A stretch of 62,377 bases of DNA, filler included. It is 4 parts of 4 records of this genome, joined end to end, with 100 filler letters (N's around TTAATTAATTAA, not from the genome) between each part and the next. Parts side by side here need not be neighbours in the genome. Positions count along the whole stretch, not along the records: positions 50,375 to 62,377 come from DRR378314_876; 3 more parts are not named here. One strand, written 5' to 3'. The translations under genes were made by a program, and so were the position numbers. Of this stretch, positions 60,901 through 62,377 are shown piece after piece. The number at the start of each line of letters is the position of its first letter. Position 1 is the first letter of the stretch. The notes beneath the pieces were generated by a model. That model did no database searches and was not told the DNA's origin. It saw only the letters and a list, made by a program, of their open reading frames with translations.

Positions 60901-61064
60901 GACGCCCCGGGGTACTCCGTGATCACCATGGCGGTTTTCAGGGTGAACTCCGGATCTTCCAGCTGCCCCAGCCGCAGAAAGCCCACGACGCCGCCGATCA
61001 GCAGCACCAGCGTGAACAGCCAGCTGACCACCCGGTGCCGGACGGCGTACTCGGCAATGTTCAT
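57993..61064 (-). CDS. RND efflux transporter permease (AcrB/AcrD/AcrF family)
   Basis: Start MNIAEY, about 1023 aa. YPGASSREVE, IALGMLVDNAIV, SGMLVKNGIVL, RVRPVCMTA. Confidence 0.93.
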   Translation of the reverse strand: MNIAEYAVRHRVVSWLFTLVLLIGGVVGFLRLGQLEDPEFTLKTAMVITEYPGASSREVEEEVTLPVEKAIQSLSYVDYVTSISSAGLSQITVEMKPIYREDDLKQIWDELRRKIRDLQPRLPPGTNGIQVIDDFGDVYGILLALTGDGYEYQDLKDYADVLVRELVLVEGVGKVQVGGQRQEQVFVELSRERLANLGISQDRIFSLLDTQNAVNPAGRVRVGDEYLRIAPTGDFDSVEAMRDLLISDPGAEQLVYLGDVANIERDYREVPRHLYRHQGAPALTLGISFAPGVNVVEVGERVRQRLEQLDYRQPAGMELSTVYDQPREVERSVNAFLWNLAQAVMIVIGVLLLFMGLRSGVLMGGILMLTILGTFIVMAVLGIELQRISLGALIIALGMLVDNAIVITEGILVGIKRGLSKVAAAAEIVRQTAWPLLGATVIAITAFAPIGLSSDASGEFTNSLFWVLLISLMLSWVVAITLTPFFGHLIFSRDRDGSENDDGDQGEDPYKGRFFQLYRRLLGKAIRHRVVTLLSMVVLLLAAVGGFGLVKQSFFPPSNTPIFLVDYWLPQGSDIRATSERVQHLEGALGDTEHVTGVTSTIGQGAQRFMLPYFPQKTYPSYAQLIVRVDQRENIDGVIAQTRDWIDNHHPSAFAKLKRLMIGPTANATIEARLSGPDPAVLRALAVEVEAIMEADPGLESIRHDWRQKEKVIRPQFEQAQARRAGVTRADLEDALEMNFSGLEVGLFRDGADLLPILARPPDQERLGADNLDQVRVWSPVLEDYIAIRQIVSSFETDLENGLILRRDRKRTLTVQAEPDVLGDETGDQVLRRVRPEIEALPLPAGYELTWGGEYELTQDAQKAVFASVPLGYLFMFIITILLFDSLRQPLVIWATVPLAIIGVTVGLLVFNAPFSFMALLGFLSLSGMLVKNGIVLVEQIKLELKAGADALDAVIHASVTRVRPVCMTAVTTILGMVPLLFDAFFKSMAAVIMFGLGFATILTLIVVPVLYTLAYRMNPPRV

Positions 61065-62155
61065 TACAGCCCCCGTTCGCGCGTCAGTTCCCGCACCGCC
61101 TGGCCTTCCTCCAGGCGGTGCACGCCGGCGACCACGATGCGATCGCCCGCCGACAAGCCCTCGAGAATAGCCACGCCGTCGCCGGAAACCGCCCCCAGCG
61201 TTACCGGCTGGGCCTCCACGGTGTCGTTTTCCGTGTCCAGGCGCCACACCCGGGCACCGGTTGCTTCATCGCCGTTGAACACCGCTTCCACCGGCACGAT
61301 GGGCGCGGTCTTGTCGCCTTGTCGCTCGGCGGCTCGATCGACGCGTACCGTCACGCTCATCCCTGGTAACAGCACCAGATCATCGGGCACCGGCAACGTG
61401 ACCACGATGGTGTAGGCCTGGGTGGCGCCGGGGCGCGACTCATGCTCGCGGTAGACGGCGCGGAAACGCTGCTCTGGCAGGCCGGGGAACACCACCTCCG
61501 GGCGGAACGATGGCCCCAGGGGCAAAACCCGGCGGATAAAGCCCTCGGAGACCGAGAAATGCACGTCGATGGTATCCGCGCTTTGCAGGTAGAGCACCGG
61601 CTCCCGGGCTTGAACGAACTGGTGGTTTTCCTGCTCGGTGCTCGCCACCACACCATCGTAGGGCGCGGTAAGACGGGTATAGGAAAGGTTGTCCCTGGCC
61701 TGGCTCAATGCCGCCTGGGCCTGCTGATGGCGGGCGGTGAGCTCATCCAGTTCGGAATCGGCGATCATCCCCCGCTTGGACAGGGTCTGGCCACGCCGAT
61801 ACTGGTTCCCGGCAAGCTTGGCATCGGCCAGGCGCTGATCCAGGTCATTACGGAAGTCGCGGGCGTCCAACTCGGCAAGAAGCTCGCCCTGCTCCACCTT
61901 CTGTCCATCCCGCACGGGCAGCGCCACCAGTTGCCCGGACACCCGGAAAGCCAGTTCCGCGCGCTCCGTGGCCACCACGCGGCCCGGGTAACGGCGCACT
62001 CGATCACTGGTGTGCCCAACGGTCATGAGTTTCACGGAGACCGGTCGCGGCTGCGCGGCGGGCTCCGGCTCACCACATCCGGCAAGCCCGATAACGGCCA
62101 TGCCGCCCATCAACAGCATCCATGCCCCCACAGGCATTCCTTTCAACCGCTTCAT
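61064..62155 (-). CDS. RND periplasmic adaptor (membrane fusion lipoprotein)
   Basis: Lipobox LAGC, LAFRVSGQL, VRDGQKVEQGELLAELD, LTAPYDGVV, GLSAGDRIVVAG. Confidence 0.92.
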   Translation of the reverse strand: MKRLKGMPVGAWMLLMGGMAVIGLAGCGEPEPAAQPRPVSVKLMTVGHTSDRVRRYPGRVVATERAELAFRVSGQLVALPVRDGQKVEQGELLAELDARDFRNDLDQRLADAKLAGNQYRRGQTLSKRGMIADSELDELTARHQQAQAALSQARDNLSYTRLTAPYDGVVASTEQENHQFVQAREPVLYLQSADTIDVHFSVSEGFIRRVLPLGPSFRPEVVFPGLPEQRFRAVYREHESRPGATQAYTIVVTLPVPDDLVLLPGMSVTVRVDRAAERQGDKTAPIVPVEAVFNGDEATGARVWRLDTENDTVEAQPVTLGAVSGDGVAILEGLSAGDRIVVAGVHRLEEGQAVRELTRERGL

Positions 62156-62232
62156 CAACACCTCTTAACAGTACTGGACGGTACAATAATGACAGAAAAA
62201 GCAACGGTGGTCACGACGGGGCGGGGCCAGGC

Positions 62233-62262
62233 AAAAAAAAACGGCGCCCGAAGGCGCCGTTT
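62233..62262 (-). terminator. Intrinsic terminator of aceA
   Basis: AAACGGCGCC-CGAA-GGCGCCGTTT hairpin with an A9 run (U-tract on the minus strand). Confidence 0.85.
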
Positions 62263-62285
62263 CTTGTTACACCGGAGAACCTGTT

Positions 62286-62377
62286 TTAGAACTGGTTCAT
62301 GGTGTTGTCTTTACCGCCGGCTTTCAGAGCGGCTTCACCGGAGAAGTACTCTTTGTGGTCATCACCGATGTTGGAAC
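62286..62377 (-). CDS. aceA: Isocitrate lyase, C-terminal fragment (Pseudomonas-type)
   Basis: Manual translation SNIGDDHKEYFSGEAALKAGGKDNTMNQF* matches the recalled C-terminus of Pseudomonas-type AceA. Confidence 0.8.
   Translation of the reverse strand, partial: SNIGDDHKEYFSGEAALKAGGKDNTMNQF

Overview
The window is four unrelated contigs joined by three identical 100-bp linkers (N44-TTAATTAATTAA-N44 at 22484-22583, 40318-40417 and 50275-50374), so gene neighbourhoods must not be read across the linkers. Contig 1 (1-22483, gammaproteobacterial, Marinobacter-like by inference) holds a glycerol utilisation locus: ABC transporter glpSTPQUV behind a sigma-54 promoter, a divergent GAF-PAS-AAA+ activator, glpK, glpR, glpD, a porin and a second orphan GlpV paralog. 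It continues with a UDG-family gene, a nitroreductase, edd-glk and gap-pyk. Contig 2 (22584-40317, Rhodobacteraceae) is a RepA/ParAB replicon with a visible origin (DnaA box, three iterons, AT-rich tract) and a parS-like palindrome. It carries manC-ugd-epimerase, kdsD, a Hint-domain gene beside an IS6 remnant, and an rml operon with two inserted genes, consistent with a roseobacter biofilm-type plasmid. Contig 3 (40418-50274, probably alphaproteobacterial) has a PgtC/PgtB/PgtA-like three-component sensor upstream of an AfuABC/FbpABC-type ABC transporter and a histidine phosphatase. Contig 4 (50375-62377, high-GC gammaproteobacterium) has an operon of a TIM-barrel epimerase-like enzyme, a membrane di-iron desaturase-like enzyme and a NitT/TauT ABC transporter behind a sigma-54 promoter with NtrC-type sites. 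It also has csbD, a PAS-GGDEF-EAL gene, an RND pump and the 3' end of aceA. The best candidates for undescribed systems are the contig 4 operon, the Pgt-like sensor/transporter/phosphatase module, and the multi-regulator glycerol locus. All product calls come from motif recognition only; no searches were run.
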